Positions 43,477-55,600 of a stretch of DNA of 64,000 nucleotides are shown in pieces. Each line of letters opens with the position of its first letter. Position 1 is the first letter of the stretch. The position numbers and the translations under genes are program-made. The notes under the pieces were generated by a model, which saw nothing but the letters and a program-made list of their open reading frames with translations, had not been told where the DNA came from and searched no databases. The stretch is from Setoptus koraiensis (lineage: Eukaryota; Animalia; Arthropoda), in contig CM106585.1 of the NCBI GenBank assembly GCA_048013815.1, positions 16,616,001 through 16,680,000 of the forward strand. Reading direction: 5' to 3'.

Positions 43477-46452
43477 ATGTTCCAAATGTTTGAAACTATT
43501 CGACGGCCGCTGCCGCCGGACGCCCAACCTGCAAATCCAGACAAGTCACTCAGAAATCAGGAGACAAAGAATGATTATGACAGCTTGATATCCGAGAATC
43601 GTGACCACTATGACAACTGGTTGTATAGTCTCAATTCAAATAACTATCTAGGATCTCGGCGGAATAGCAAAGCATTCAACATTGTATCTATTGTGGGCAC
43701 TATTTATAATGAGAAAGTCCCAAATTATTATCATAGAGTAAATCAAAAAATATGGTCGCTATCATCATTATTAAAATCAATCCTAGTACTATTATCACTA
43801 AGTCATGTATTACATGTCAATTGCGTTACAATTGATGACAACGAACGCTCTCCAGTATACGTTCAAAATGACATATACACTGAGAGTGTATTTATGCCGG
43901 ATGTTACACCAACTCAAGACGATGACTACTTATGCACATCTACTAAATTAAATGTTAGAGATTCGTATATCATCGGTTTTGAGCCTCATGCAGATATGAA
44001 TAAAGTCCACCATATGCTTGTATTTGGTTGCAGTAGCTTGGGAACAAGCTCAAATCATTGGCAATGCGGGCACCACCATCTGCTATGTCACGGAATGTCC
44101 ATAATTTACGCTTGGGGCCGGAACGCTGATCCTTTGAAGTTGCCTGACGGTGTTGGTTTTAAAGTTGGACGCCAAGCTGATGTCAATCACATACTGTTGC
44201 AGGTCCACTACTTGCATAAATTGCCAGAGAAAACTTACGATAGGAGCGGAGTTACTATGCGACTAACACGTAGTCCTCAACCCTTCTTGGCAGGAATACA
44301 ATTAATTGCATCTGGAAAGGGTCTAATCCCAAAGCACACTAGCAGAAGCATCATCGACATCACATGCCAGGTTGACAGAAATATAAACGTATTCGCCTAC
44401 AGAGTTCACGCTCACAGCTTAGGCAGAGTCATCGTTGGTTACAAGTATAACCCGAACACAGCCGAATGGACTATTTTATCTAGAGGAAATCCTCAGTGGC
44501 CGCAAGCATTTTATCCGACGAGTGAAATCTTCACAATTACACCAGACGATTATCTAGCAGCACGGTGTGTATATAATTCTACATTACGCGACATTGACAC
44601 GACCATTGGAGGAACATCCATGGATGAAATGTGCAATCTATATCTTATGTATTATGTTGATAACGCTTTGGATCCTACGTATTCAACTACTACCAGTGGC
44701 AATGGTCTTGCTTATGGCAAATGTGTAACTAAATCCGAACAAAGTCCTTTAAGACCTCCACGTGGAAGCGATGATGAATTGCCACCAAATCCAATTTTAG
44801 ATATGACTACCAATTCGGACATTACTGCTGGAGGTCAAGCCAAGAGCGAGAAGGCTGCAAAAGAACAACAAAGCAGAGATATCAGGTTGTCATTTAGTTA
44901 CACACTTGATGAAGGATATCCTATTGGCCAAAGGACATTTGGTGAGATATCCGGAGTAGATATTGATAAGAATAATAATGTTATAATTTTTCATCGTCAT
45001 GATCATGTTTGGGGTGGAGAAACTTTTGATTACAATGGAAAATATCTTCTATCTCAGAACGCTCCAATCTCGTTGGTCACTGTCATAATGATAGATCCAA
45101 TCGGAAAGAAGATCCTCAATTCTTGGGGCAAGAATCTTTTTTTCATGCCTCACGGTCTCAGTATTGATCTCACAGGAAATTATGTTTGGCTTACAGATGT
45201 GGCTTTACATCAAGTGTTCAAGTTCCCTATCAACGGCACAGAGCCAAATGCTCCGGCTGGTGCTCAACCCACTGCTTTGATTACATTAGGTAAACGTTTC
45301 GAGCCAGGCTGGGACGAAAATCATTTCTGTCAGCCGACAAGTGTTGCTGACACAGGTGACTATATATTTGTTGCTGATGGCTACTGTAATGGAAGAGTGA
45401 TGAAATTTACCTCAGACGGACGCTTTGTTAGCCAGTTTGGACAGTCACCTGATGCAGCCTACTTGTCGACTGCTAACAAGGATCAGCCGATATTCTCAAT
45501 ACCGCACAAAATAACTTATGCCCGCGATCAGAATCTTCTTTGTGTAGCGGATAGAGAACATGGAGCTATCAAATGTTTTCAGCTCGACTTACAAGCTCAT
45601 GATGACTCTATTGGTAAAGGAACAAAACACAAATTTACGGTCACAAATGAAGCCTTCAATGGGAGACTATTTTCAATCGATTACAGTTCAGTCAGTGGAG
45701 GCATCTTAGTTGCGGTATCAGGTCCCTCTCTATCCATCTCTGGTTCCACTAATGATAAGCCCGTAAGTGGTTTTGTGTTCAATATTACATCTGGCCAACT
45801 TATATCGAGATTTGCGCCACCGACCACCAAAACATTTGGAATGGCACATGATATTGCTATTAGCGAATCTGACGGTGAGACCATTTACGTAGTTGAAGTG
45901 ACACCAAGTAACTTGTGGAAATTCTCACGACCTAAAGCATTATTACACACTGATGGAGGATCAACTAGCGCAGCAGATTCGGCGTCTACTGATCTTACAA
46001 GCTTGGCCCGAGCGAAACTTGATATGGCACTGACAGCTCTGAAGAGTAGAGGTACTTTGGGTTCGAAATCTCTCATTGTTTTTGTTCTGGTAATTCTGCT
46101 AATATTAATATTCGTTGCATATTTAGCTCGAGATAAAAGATTGTTGCTCTACAGGAGTAAGCATAGCTACGACGCAACGTCATTATATAATGCCTCATCA
46201 CTTTTGGGAGCCAGGTCCAAACATAATCGGTGTGAGCGCTACAGAAGCAATTCCAATAATCGACTTGGTGCAATATTCTCTCGACGAGGCATCTATAATT
46301 TATTCAACAATACAAAACGGAGCGATTTTTACAGAATTCCTCTGGAGGATAGTGACGTAGATAATAATTCAGATAATGATAAGAGTGACTCAGATGTTGA
46401 AGAGTTCAACATAAGTCAAGCGACTTCCAGTCAGATGAAAATAGAAGTTTGA
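43477..46452 (+). CDS. PAM: Bifunctional peptidylglycine alpha-amidating monooxygenase (PHM + PAL + TM + acidic cytosolic tail), single ORF
   Basis: PHM copper ligands VHHM, QVHY, VHAH and DEMC. PAL motifs PHGL, DGYCN.R, PHKI, ADRE and AHDIA. TM LIVFVLVILLILIFVAYL. Start codon uncertain. Confidence 0.93.
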   Translation: MFQMFETIRRPLPPDAQPANPDKSLRNQETKNDYDSLISENRDHYDNWLYSLNSNNYLGSRRNSKAFNIVSIVGTIYNEKVPNYYHRVNQKIWSLSSLLKSILVLLSLSHVLHVNCVTIDDNERSPVYVQNDIYTESVFMPDVTPTQDDDYLCTSTKLNVRDSYIIGFEPHADMNKVHHMLVFGCSSLGTSSNHWQCGHHHLLCHGMSIIYAWGRNADPLKLPDGVGFKVGRQADVNHILLQVHYLHKLPEKTYDRSGVTMRLTRSPQPFLAGIQLIASGKGLIPKHTSRSIIDITCQVDRNINVFAYRVHAHSLGRVIVGYKYNPNTAEWTILSRGNPQWPQAFYPTSEIFTITPDDYLAARCVYNSTLRDIDTTIGGTSMDEMCNLYLMYYVDNALDPTYSTTTSGNGLAYGKCVTKSEQSPLRPPRGSDDELPPNPILDMTTNSDITAGGQAKSEKAAKEQQSRDIRLSFSYTLDEGYPIGQRTFGEISGVDIDKNNNVIIFHRHDHVWGGETFDYNGKYLLSQNAPISLVTVIMIDPIGKKILNSWGKNLFFMPHGLSIDLTGNYVWLTDVALHQVFKFPINGTEPNAPAGAQPTALITLGKRFEPGWDENHFCQPTSVADTGDYIFVADGYCNGRVMKFTSDGRFVSQFGQSPDAAYLSTANKDQPIFSIPHKITYARDQNLLCVADREHGAIKCFQLDLQAHDDSIGKGTKHKFTVTNEAFNGRLFSIDYSSVSGGILVAVSGPSLSISGSTNDKPVSGFVFNITSGQLISRFAPPTTKTFGMAHDIAISESDGETIYVVEVTPSNLWKFSRPKALLHTDGGSTSAADSASTDLTSLARAKLDMALTALKSRGTLGSKSLIVFVLVILLILIFVAYLARDKRLLLYRSKHSYDATSLYNASSLLGARSKHNRCERYRSNSNNRLGAIFSRRGIYNLFNNTKRSDFYRIPLEDSDVDNNSDNDKSDSDVEEFNISQATSSQMKIEV

Positions 46453-47317
46453 GCGTATATACCAAAAGTTGTATACTACCTGCACCAATATAAAGTCTAT
46501 TATATAATAAAGCTGTCTATTATGTGTTATAAGCTCCCACAATTCATCGCGCCTTTCTGCTTTTTTTTTGGTTAAAATTGTAAACATTGAAAACTGTTCA
46601 TTGGTTCATCTCGAAATCTCGGGCATCGATTTCATAATATAGTTCCTTGTTCTGACCCAATTCTAGTGGTTGTTTACAGCGGAACAAACTTTCAGTGTTC
46701 GACTATAGGTGACGCCAGAGAACAGCAGCGGCAGCCAGTGGAGCTACTTGTTCTCTGCCACCATTCCAATAGCATGTGACGGCGAATGGTCAATGTTAAT
46801 CTGCCACCTTTCCCTCCCCCTCCTGTGTCGTAGTGTTGCTGCGCACAAGCGGAGGCATCGCAGCTTGCGTCCGTTGTCCGCTTTGGTTGAGTTAGTTTGC
46901 GAACGCGCGTTGCGCATCGAAACTTCGGGGGCAAAAAACTAATGGTCACTTTACCATTGGTGTTCTTTGTTGTTGTTTGTGCTGTTGTTAGTTTGTTTAC
47001 GGAACTGCATCCATTCATTCAGTTTCGAATCGTCCATTGTCCGAGCAGCAACATCTATCGCAAACGACAGTGCATGCACGCACACATACACATGTGCACG
47101 AGCAGCAAACAAGTGAATAGGTTGAAAAAGTTATCATTATTCAACACACATGCATCTCATCACCACCTATAGCCGACCAAAGTTATATACCCTCAATCGC
47201 CCCCAAAGCGATGCTGATACAATGCGAGAGATAAAGGAAACAACAGCAGCAGCAGCAGCATTTTCCTCGAGCAGAGAGAGCAAATTGTTACAAATACAAA
47301 ATAGACACTCGTTCATC

Positions 47318-48727
47318 ATGTATAAATCAGTTGTTTTTACTCTCTTACTTATTAGTTTTTTAACACTGACACATTTATTTCATCATGTGATACAAGCCTC
47401 ACCGATAAGCGGCAATATATTGCAAGCCGGCGCGCCTCTCCGACAAGTATTTGTGAACAACAACAACAATAACAATCCCACAGTGAGTCAACAATCGCCC
47501 TCTGTTTTATGGAATCGTCTCCACCAGCCAGTACAAATTGCCAAAATTGTCCAGCCACAATTAACGGTTTGTCACCTGCCACCAGGCGGTAGCTTGTCGC
47601 TGTCGAGTCAGTGTCGACCATCGTTAGAGCCGTCCCTCAAGAAAACTGCCGTGGCTAACCTACAACAGGCCCTACAAGCGACATCAAATGAAACAAGCTC
47701 ACTGTTAGATAGTTACTTTGAGGAATTCAGGGCCTATTTCCTGGATCTCGTGTTTGTGTCAAAAAACAAATCAATGTCATTGTTCCAACAACAGCAACAA
47801 CAGGATTCCTTCATCTTTGACAGAGTAATGCTGGATAGAGGCGCTGAATTAACTCGACACCTGTTTGAGTCAATCAAAAATCATCTCATGTTTGCCAAAT
47901 CAACTGGTTATCCAGTTCATTCAATTCATCACCATCATCACTATCATCATCATAACAACAGCGCTAGCGGCAAGCTAGCAGCATCAACAACATTTTCGCA
48001 ACACAATGATGTCAACAACGAAATCAATCACTATTTTCGCCAATTGCAACTTCTCATCATTCAGAAACAAGTAGCTTTGCTTCAACATAATAAACGCAAC
48101 AATTATGAAGACAATTATGATGGGGTCGCCCAGGTCAACGCTTGCATCAATGATTCTCTGAGCAGCCACAATCTAGAGTGGCTTCTCCACGACCAGGAGG
48201 GGCACCTAGGCATTGACTCATTAAATGAGCGTTTACCTGTTGCCCTGAAACAATCACTTGATTCGGCACATACCCTACTAGGGGCCCTGGCCTTAGGCTA
48301 TGAAATATTTCACAATCTCACCAATCAAGCCTCAACCTGGATTCCACTAGATTCGTGTCATTCGGCTCTAGCAAGGATGTTGATTTGTCCAAATTGTTAC
48401 ACTTACCAGCAGCCAGCGCAGCAGTATCAATATCAGCAACAGAATAGGTATCACATGCAAACAGGAAGCGATTATCAAGCTATCCCGTCGTTGCCATCAA
48501 CAGCACCATGCCAGAATTTCTGCTTGAATGTCTTGCGAGGCTGTATGAACGATGTTTATGAATTGAACAAATTTTGGACAGATCATGTGACAGGTATACA
48601 ACGCCTCAAGATGAATATGATACAAACAAATAATATTGAAAATGTTTTTAGCACACTAGACGAGAAACTTCTACAAATGATCAAAATGAATTCCTCACCT
48701 GAAGTTGGAAAACGCATACTAGAAAGG
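47318..48727 (+). CDS. Glypican (dally/dally-like family), first coding exon
   Basis: Signal peptide MYKSVVFTLLLISF..., CHSALARMLICPNC and PCQNFCLNVLRGC glypican cysteine motifs. Phase-0 donor AGG|GTAAGT at 48728. Confidence 0.9.
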
Positions 48728-49594
48728 GTAAGTTTCAGAGGTTTACTTTTCAAAAAATCAACGTCAATCTATTTCTGCGTGTCATATCTCATGACTCTGA
48801 CATCTTCGAAGGCAATGAAACAACAAGTTGCTCTTTTAAAGTGTCTCTCTATACAAGAGTGTGATTATCAATGAATCCATCTCATACTAGGAAACACCAA
48901 GAAAGATGGTCGACAACAAAATAAGGAATGCTGTTGTTGCTGTTGGTGGCCCGTAGATCGGCCATATCGGTAGATCAACATTTCTAGTCGTATACATCCG
49001 CTCATGGTGAAAGCATGAATGTATCTAAGGGAGGTTGGCAAATTTTGTTGTTAATCTTCATTCAATCGATATACGTACGTACGTATGTGTGTGTGTACAA
49101 ATGTGAAACATTGAAATTGCTAATGAGCTTTGATGATGCCAAGATAGCCAGTACCGATGTCACCATTGGCAGTTGGTGGCTGCAGCCGAAACTATCACCA
49201 TATCGTATACTTGGATATGGAAATGTCTGCATTCAATTGATACCATCAAGTATAATAGTCTAATGTGTTGGCTGCAGCCAACAAATTACTTCTAGTTAAC
49301 CATCAATGGCCATTCAAAAGATCATATTAGAACTGTCATCCGTTGGATTGCATTCCTATAGGATCAGATTCATATGTGGTGTCGTCTGTCTGGTCAACGT
49401 TAACACCAACCATTGACAGCGTTTATTGCAGGTTGATCTCCCACAAACTCACGGGAGGTGCGATATCATTCTGGTCATCCCATGGGGTGGCCTCCTGGTT
49501 GCTCCACTGACATTGACATGTAACTTCTTGTCACACGAATCTCACACAAAGGTTGACGGCTCAAAATAGAGATGTGCACGTCTAGTAATGGTAC

Positions 49595-49597
<3 letters not shown>

Positions 49598-49637
<40 letters not shown>
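49598..49637. repeat. (AG)20 microsatellite in glypican intron
   Basis: Pure AG run, seen directly. Confidence 0.95.
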
Positions 49638-49640
<3 letters not shown>

Positions 49641-52600
49641 ATTATATCAATAGAGTGACCATGTGAAATTCAAAAACTATAGCGCGGATGAATAGTAGCT
49701 CTGGAGTTCAACAGGGTCGAAAAACCCTGTGTCAGACCGCTGTGTATCCACACTTGAATTATGGTTTCCTTGACGCAGTTCAGATACTCCGATTGGCATC
49801 ATAAACAATCAAGTATAGCGCTTGAACTTGTCGGCAAGCCATTGAATGAGCCTCATGGTCTTCCTCCGACGACATTACTAGACCATGAGTCCTATAATCA
49901 TTGTAATGACAGTGGTGCGTGTCCATTCGAAAGTGATCACCACCACTCAGTCTTTGTGGGATGGAGCTCGCGTTGGTGGCCTTTTGATTGTCAATGAGCT
50001 TAATTATCAGCATCAACATGTTACCAGAGAGGAGCTTCACTGCCACCAGCCATTATTCGAATGTCCATCGACTTGTTTGTAGGAAGTGTCTGATGATTTT
50101 TATTATTATTATTATTGTTGTTGTTGTTGTTGTTATTATTATTATTTTTGCTGTTGCCGGCAGCGACGGCGCCAGCAGTGGCGGTATCATCAATTGATGC
50201 TGAACAAATTCAAAGTTTGTGAAAGCTTGCCTCGAAATTTGTGGATCCAAAACTGCAACGATCATGCCGCTGCTGCTACATTCCATAAGTCGACACGAAC
50301 AACTGAATGAATCTCATGCTATCCTATCCTCTCTCGCTCTCTCTCTCTCTTTTGGTTATCCTTCCTGATTCATGAATCATCATCATCAGCGCCACTCTAC
50401 GAACTATACTAGCAGGCCATGAGTGTGCATATCTGAGCAGCTGAGATAAACTTATATACTGAAGGAGGCTCCTACAACATCATAATGAGGAGTGACTGCT
50501 ATTGTTAGTGGCTGTTGTTGTCTCTCGCGAGCATGACAATGAGGCAAACGAATCGTTGTTTCTAACAACGAACGTATCGAAATAGCCTATGGTCGCAAAA
50601 AGCATTTCATAATGATTATTCTTCGTTTCTTTCTATGTTTACACAAATTCTTTCAGTAATCAGTATTATTATTTACAGCGCATTTGCCACCGCCATAACC
50701 ACTTCTTTGGCGCCAGAGCGGTGATTCTTCATCATTTTAACCACCACGTACTACTGCTGACCACTCATGACCAATTGGCCTATCCTTCATCCATTCACTC
50801 CTGTCTACTGGTGTTGAATGACTGACTGTGCATGGACACACACACACACGTGGACATGTAAAGCTGCTTCATCATCTAAACAAACAAGAGAGAGAACAGG
50901 GATAATGAGGCACGATTTAAAATTGGTGTTACTGTAATCAGCAGACTTATCACCACAATTGCCCATGAGTGAGAGAGAAAGATCCAAAATCTCTACAAGC
51001 GAGTATCTCTTTCTTTTCTGCTCGAGTCCTTTGGACAGCAATCAATAGTGTCCTATGATGAACAATTTCCAGCGACCATGAAAGCACAGCGCGCATTTCA
51101 TGTCATGGCGGTCAGGTAAAAGGCCCTCCAAAGGCGACACGGACTTTGTTGTTGCTTAGTTATCAACAGGCTCAACAATCATTGTCGGCGGAAAGAACGA
51201 ATTAGAGGGTTGTCCTGTCCGATTCTTCAAATCAAAGGTACCTTCGTGTCGAATGTGTGTGTGTGTTTTTCTCTGTATGTCTTTGTCGGGCGTTAAACTG
51301 ATTGTCAACGTTAGCCATTGTCACGCTACATCTCATCATGTTTCTTCGAATCCTGGAAACAAAATCACCTGGTTATTGTTTCTGTCAACGCTGCTATGCC
51401 GGTATACTCAGATAAATCCCAGAAGACGTCCTCGAAAATAAGTTGCAACTTCTCAATAGTAATAATACAATAGTTCCGGTCTATGCTTCTTCAACCGGTA
51501 AATTTTGTTTGTAATTTAATCACTCAGACATCAGTATACCATGCCGATAGAACAGGCACAATAAAGTGACCATTAACTAGCATTTATGGCCCTCTTTTTG
51601 GCCAATTGTCGTGTAGGTTGGATCAATATTTATAAATAAAATAGCGCTGCAATTGACAGCCCTAATAGCTACCTGAACATTTGAATATTATGCCAGTTAC
51701 TATGGTGCAAATTTACAATAGCAGTCGAGTGGAAACAGACTCAGTGCAGCCGTTGTCACCACTTGTTGATAATGACCTTATTGCTGCCTTATCTTTTTTT
51801 CCGCCACAGCGTATCAGATCTGATTGAGGTAGGCTATTGTTGTGCGCAAAAATAGTCGATTTGCTATAATTTTGTTGGATACGCGAATACGTTTCATATG
51901 AGCAAAGAGGAACGGCCAAACCCAAAATCGGCCCTTTTGGCAGATAGAGAAGTAAGAAAAGTGACACTTTCCCCGTTGATTGTTCTCACTCGTGTATAGT
52001 TCACACTATTGTCGTTCTTTTTGAGAGATTGCTTTTATTGGAGTAGCAGTAACAGTAGCAGTAGCAGAACCACTCCTTGAGTTATGGTTGTCCATTGTGA
52101 TGATGGCACAGAATCAGAAAACAGCAGAAATTCTGGTGTAGTTGGAATTCCAATTATAGTGTTAGTGGCGCCTTTGGCAACTTTGAATTTTGCTTATACC
52201 TGTTGGCTGAATGGCCTGAAATTGAATTTACTACCATGCATGGTCATCGGTTGTCATCAACAGTGTCCAGTTTGGCTGGTATTCATTTTATCATTGGTAC
52301 CAAACTGGAAACTTCTTACTATCGCGCATTGTATTATTGTTTCTGTCATGCATTGTGAGGTATATAGTTCCAGGTACAATTTTAAGCAAGGAATTCTAAG
52401 CTGTTTTTATTGTTATTTGGGTAGTGCGAACGGCACGTGATAAACGATACTTTATATGGCAGTGTCCATTCTATTTGGCCGCTGGTCAATTGCGAATGTG
52501 AAGGTGTCCCTCATTTGAAATGAGCACAGCCGATATATATCTCTGATTGATCCGAATCCTATATTAGGCCCCCTTGGTTGATGTTAATTTGTTTTGTTTG

Positions 52601-55600
52601 CCAATAAAATATAGGTGCCCCCGTTGAAAGCGATAAGTCAAGCTGGGAGGTCGAATAGAGTGATTAACTGTTATTACTGTTGCATCAGAGCTGGTGTGAT
52701 GATTGTTTGGATTGAGCGCCAGAATGCAAATATTTACCCGCTTAGGCGGCCTGTTTTCTGAGCTAAATACACACATTATCTGTAGCGGGCAGGTACGTAT
52801 ATTTATGTATCAGCGACACAATGGTTGGTTTGTTCGTTCCGGCGGCGTCCATTCAACAATGGCCCAGTGTGCTGATCGCGGGGCAGCAACAGGCTCACGC
52901 GCATAAACATGCGATGAGACGATGCAACTTTGTTGTTGTTTGTCATCTTTGCTCTAGTGCACGAATTACCTCCGCCAACCACAAAGGAAGAGAGCTCCAG
53001 AATTTGCACGCACATAATCGCCACTTATCAGCGCACTGATTCTACTTTTTACACTTATTGCACTTGTGTGCATCGGCACACAAACGCGCCAAACGCAGCG
53101 CTTTACCGTGATGGCAAGCGGAGTGATTAGTGGTTCACAAAGAGAGAGCGAGTTCATCAAAGTGGCGATCATCGCCACTCAAACACGAACGGCGGTCGTT
53201 TATTTTTATCACAAACCAAGATGGCGGCAGCAGAGACTCAAAGCTTGAAGCTAGCGAACTGGCGAGCATTAATACACATATAGGCAAGAAAAGTGCGAGA
53301 TTAATAGAGTGCAAATGTTTACATTTCCGCTGCTTCATAGAGTCAGTGTGCGCACACGCATCATTGAGCGAAGGCAGAGAATAATGGCGGTGAGGCGCAC
53401 ACATAAAGAGCAAGTGTTGCGCGAAAGTGTCGCCCTGTTAGTGTGTGTCGGCGCTGATCACGCACGCGAGCCGCTTCATTCGCTGCCCAGTGTGTGCCCA
53501 GCGTGCAGTGTCCCCAGCGACGCAATGGCGAATTGAGTCTAAATCGAATAAAATTGGTTTCGAGTTGAGTCGCGCCGCCGACAAGTGGAGCGAGATCGAA
53601 TGAAATGAAACTGTCTCGCACAGTGTCTCTATCAGCGAGCGGCCATCTTGGCCGGTTCACCACCGACGGCCGCCAACCGAACGGTCGGTGTGCGTGTGTG
53701 AGCGTGCCAGCGTCGCAAGTTGAATCGATTTCGGCGATTGCTCGTTAATTGGCCGCTTGTTCGTGCCCCGTGTACGCGAACCACTCACAGCCTGTGTGTG
53801 CGTAAATGGTGCAACGAATCGCCGAGCGCCACATAATAAATTCAACAAACATAATAAAGAGAGACACACGGAATCGAGTGAGAGGAAATTAGAAATTATT
53901 TATTATTATTATCATCTCCATCTTGGTTATGGCGCGAGAAATAGATAGACAGACAGACAGACAGAGAGAGCGAGAGAGGTATATCAACAATATCACTGGA
54001 GCCACTAAATGGATCCGCGAAACGACCGCGATTGGAGCACAGCGAGGGAACTTGACCGTCCAATTATTGCGAAATGCCCCTCTTCCGAAAATCGCTGGCG
54101 TCTCCTTCGAGCCAATAGAGCACCGTCGAGCTCAAGTTGACGAGTGAACTCTATTGTGGAGCCGCCACAGACGGCATATGGATGACCAAGGACGCAGGAA
54201 GAGCGCAATCAACACCGTGCCACTTGAAACTGTTGAGCGCTGCCATCCGAGGATATTAATCGGCCACGATGCACATGGGCCACAACAAAAGTGATTCAAG
54301 TAGGCATCGTCGAGAAAATAATGGCCATCATTCCAGTGCTCTATTAGCTCAACACAGAATAATAGAATAAGAGATGAGAATATGAGAGACAGAGACGCGA
54401 GCCGAGCCATTGCACAAACTACTTTGCGCGCTTTATCCGCATTCCATAGGCACGAGTCTTGACTGATTTGCCCGCCGGAGCCCAGCTCCTGGCGAAAAGA
54501 ATGTGCTTGTGCCAGAGCGTATATGCGCCCAATGTACACACAAAATTATTTCTTGCCTACTCCAATCAATCGCTATTACTGCGGCTGCTGCTGCTGCTGC
54601 TGCTACACTCCTCTCAAAGAATTGTGCCCTCAAGTAGGAGTTTCTTTGTGTGCGACGTGCGCTGGCAATAACAACAATATAATACATTTATAGCTAGATT
54701 ATTCTCTCTATTAGCCATATCGTCTGTGTGTGCTACGTCTCTCTGAGGATGCCGGATCTTTATAAGCATTTGCTCACTAGTTGCCATAATGGCCCGGCAT
54801 TGGTGGCGATGCTGGCCATGATGGTCATGTTCAACGATGACGGCGAACACAATCAACTGGTGGTGGTGAACAACAACAGAAACAATGATTCTCGCCTCGT
54901 CATAATTGTTATCGCTATCGTTAGCACCGGCATCATTATCGCCATCATCATAAACGCATGAACTTAATGAAAACAAACGCGCAATCAACCAACGAGCCAC
55001 TCGCGGCTAACATTGCCAAAATATTTTAATAATCTATATATATGCTCATGTACCATACCATGAACATCATATTGCTCTTTAAATTTTGAACCTGTTATGT
55101 GCGCTGGAGACTGCCTCCTTGAATCAAAGATCACCGGTGACCACCACACAAGCATTCTTACCAACTGGGCGCTCCTTTGGCGGCTACCAGCACCTCGAGA
55201 GTAACCAAGAGCTATTGTACAACAATAGGTTCGTGGTGTAGGGCTGTTACATACATGTCCGTACCGAAACAACTGTTGCAGAATAACGGAAGAAAGATAA
55301 AATGGTAGTTGATAGGAGTGATGCACGACTATATAACTACGATTGTCAATGAATTCATGAACAATTCATACTTCCACTACCTTAAATGATACTTTCCTGC
55401 ACATGGAGCCACGGTTGGAGGTAGAGCGCACAAGTTAATGTGATCCTTGAGCCGTGTCGGCTCAAAAAGCTTTGATAATGAGATTGAATCGGACGTGATA
55501 AATTTCCTACAAAAACAAAAACAGTCGGACTGATGGCGAGAGGCAGAGAAAGAAATACAGATAGAGGGCAGAAAAAGGCACACAGTTTTCGCTATGGGCG

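Noticed and set aside
18450-46587. Antisense or alternate-frame ORFs overlapping PDE12, CMPK1, ACADVL, RBM17, laminin and PAM
   Set aside because: Shadow ORFs of real coding sequence with no independent motifs.
49266-49283. Perfect 18-bp palindrome TGTTGGCTGCAGCCAACA
   Set aside because: About 0.25 expected by chance in 64 kb; no other support.
53056-53067. 12-nt match to the 5' end of miR-92 (TATTGCACTTGT)
   Set aside because: The 3' half diverges and there is no complementary star arm to form a pre-miRNA hairpin.
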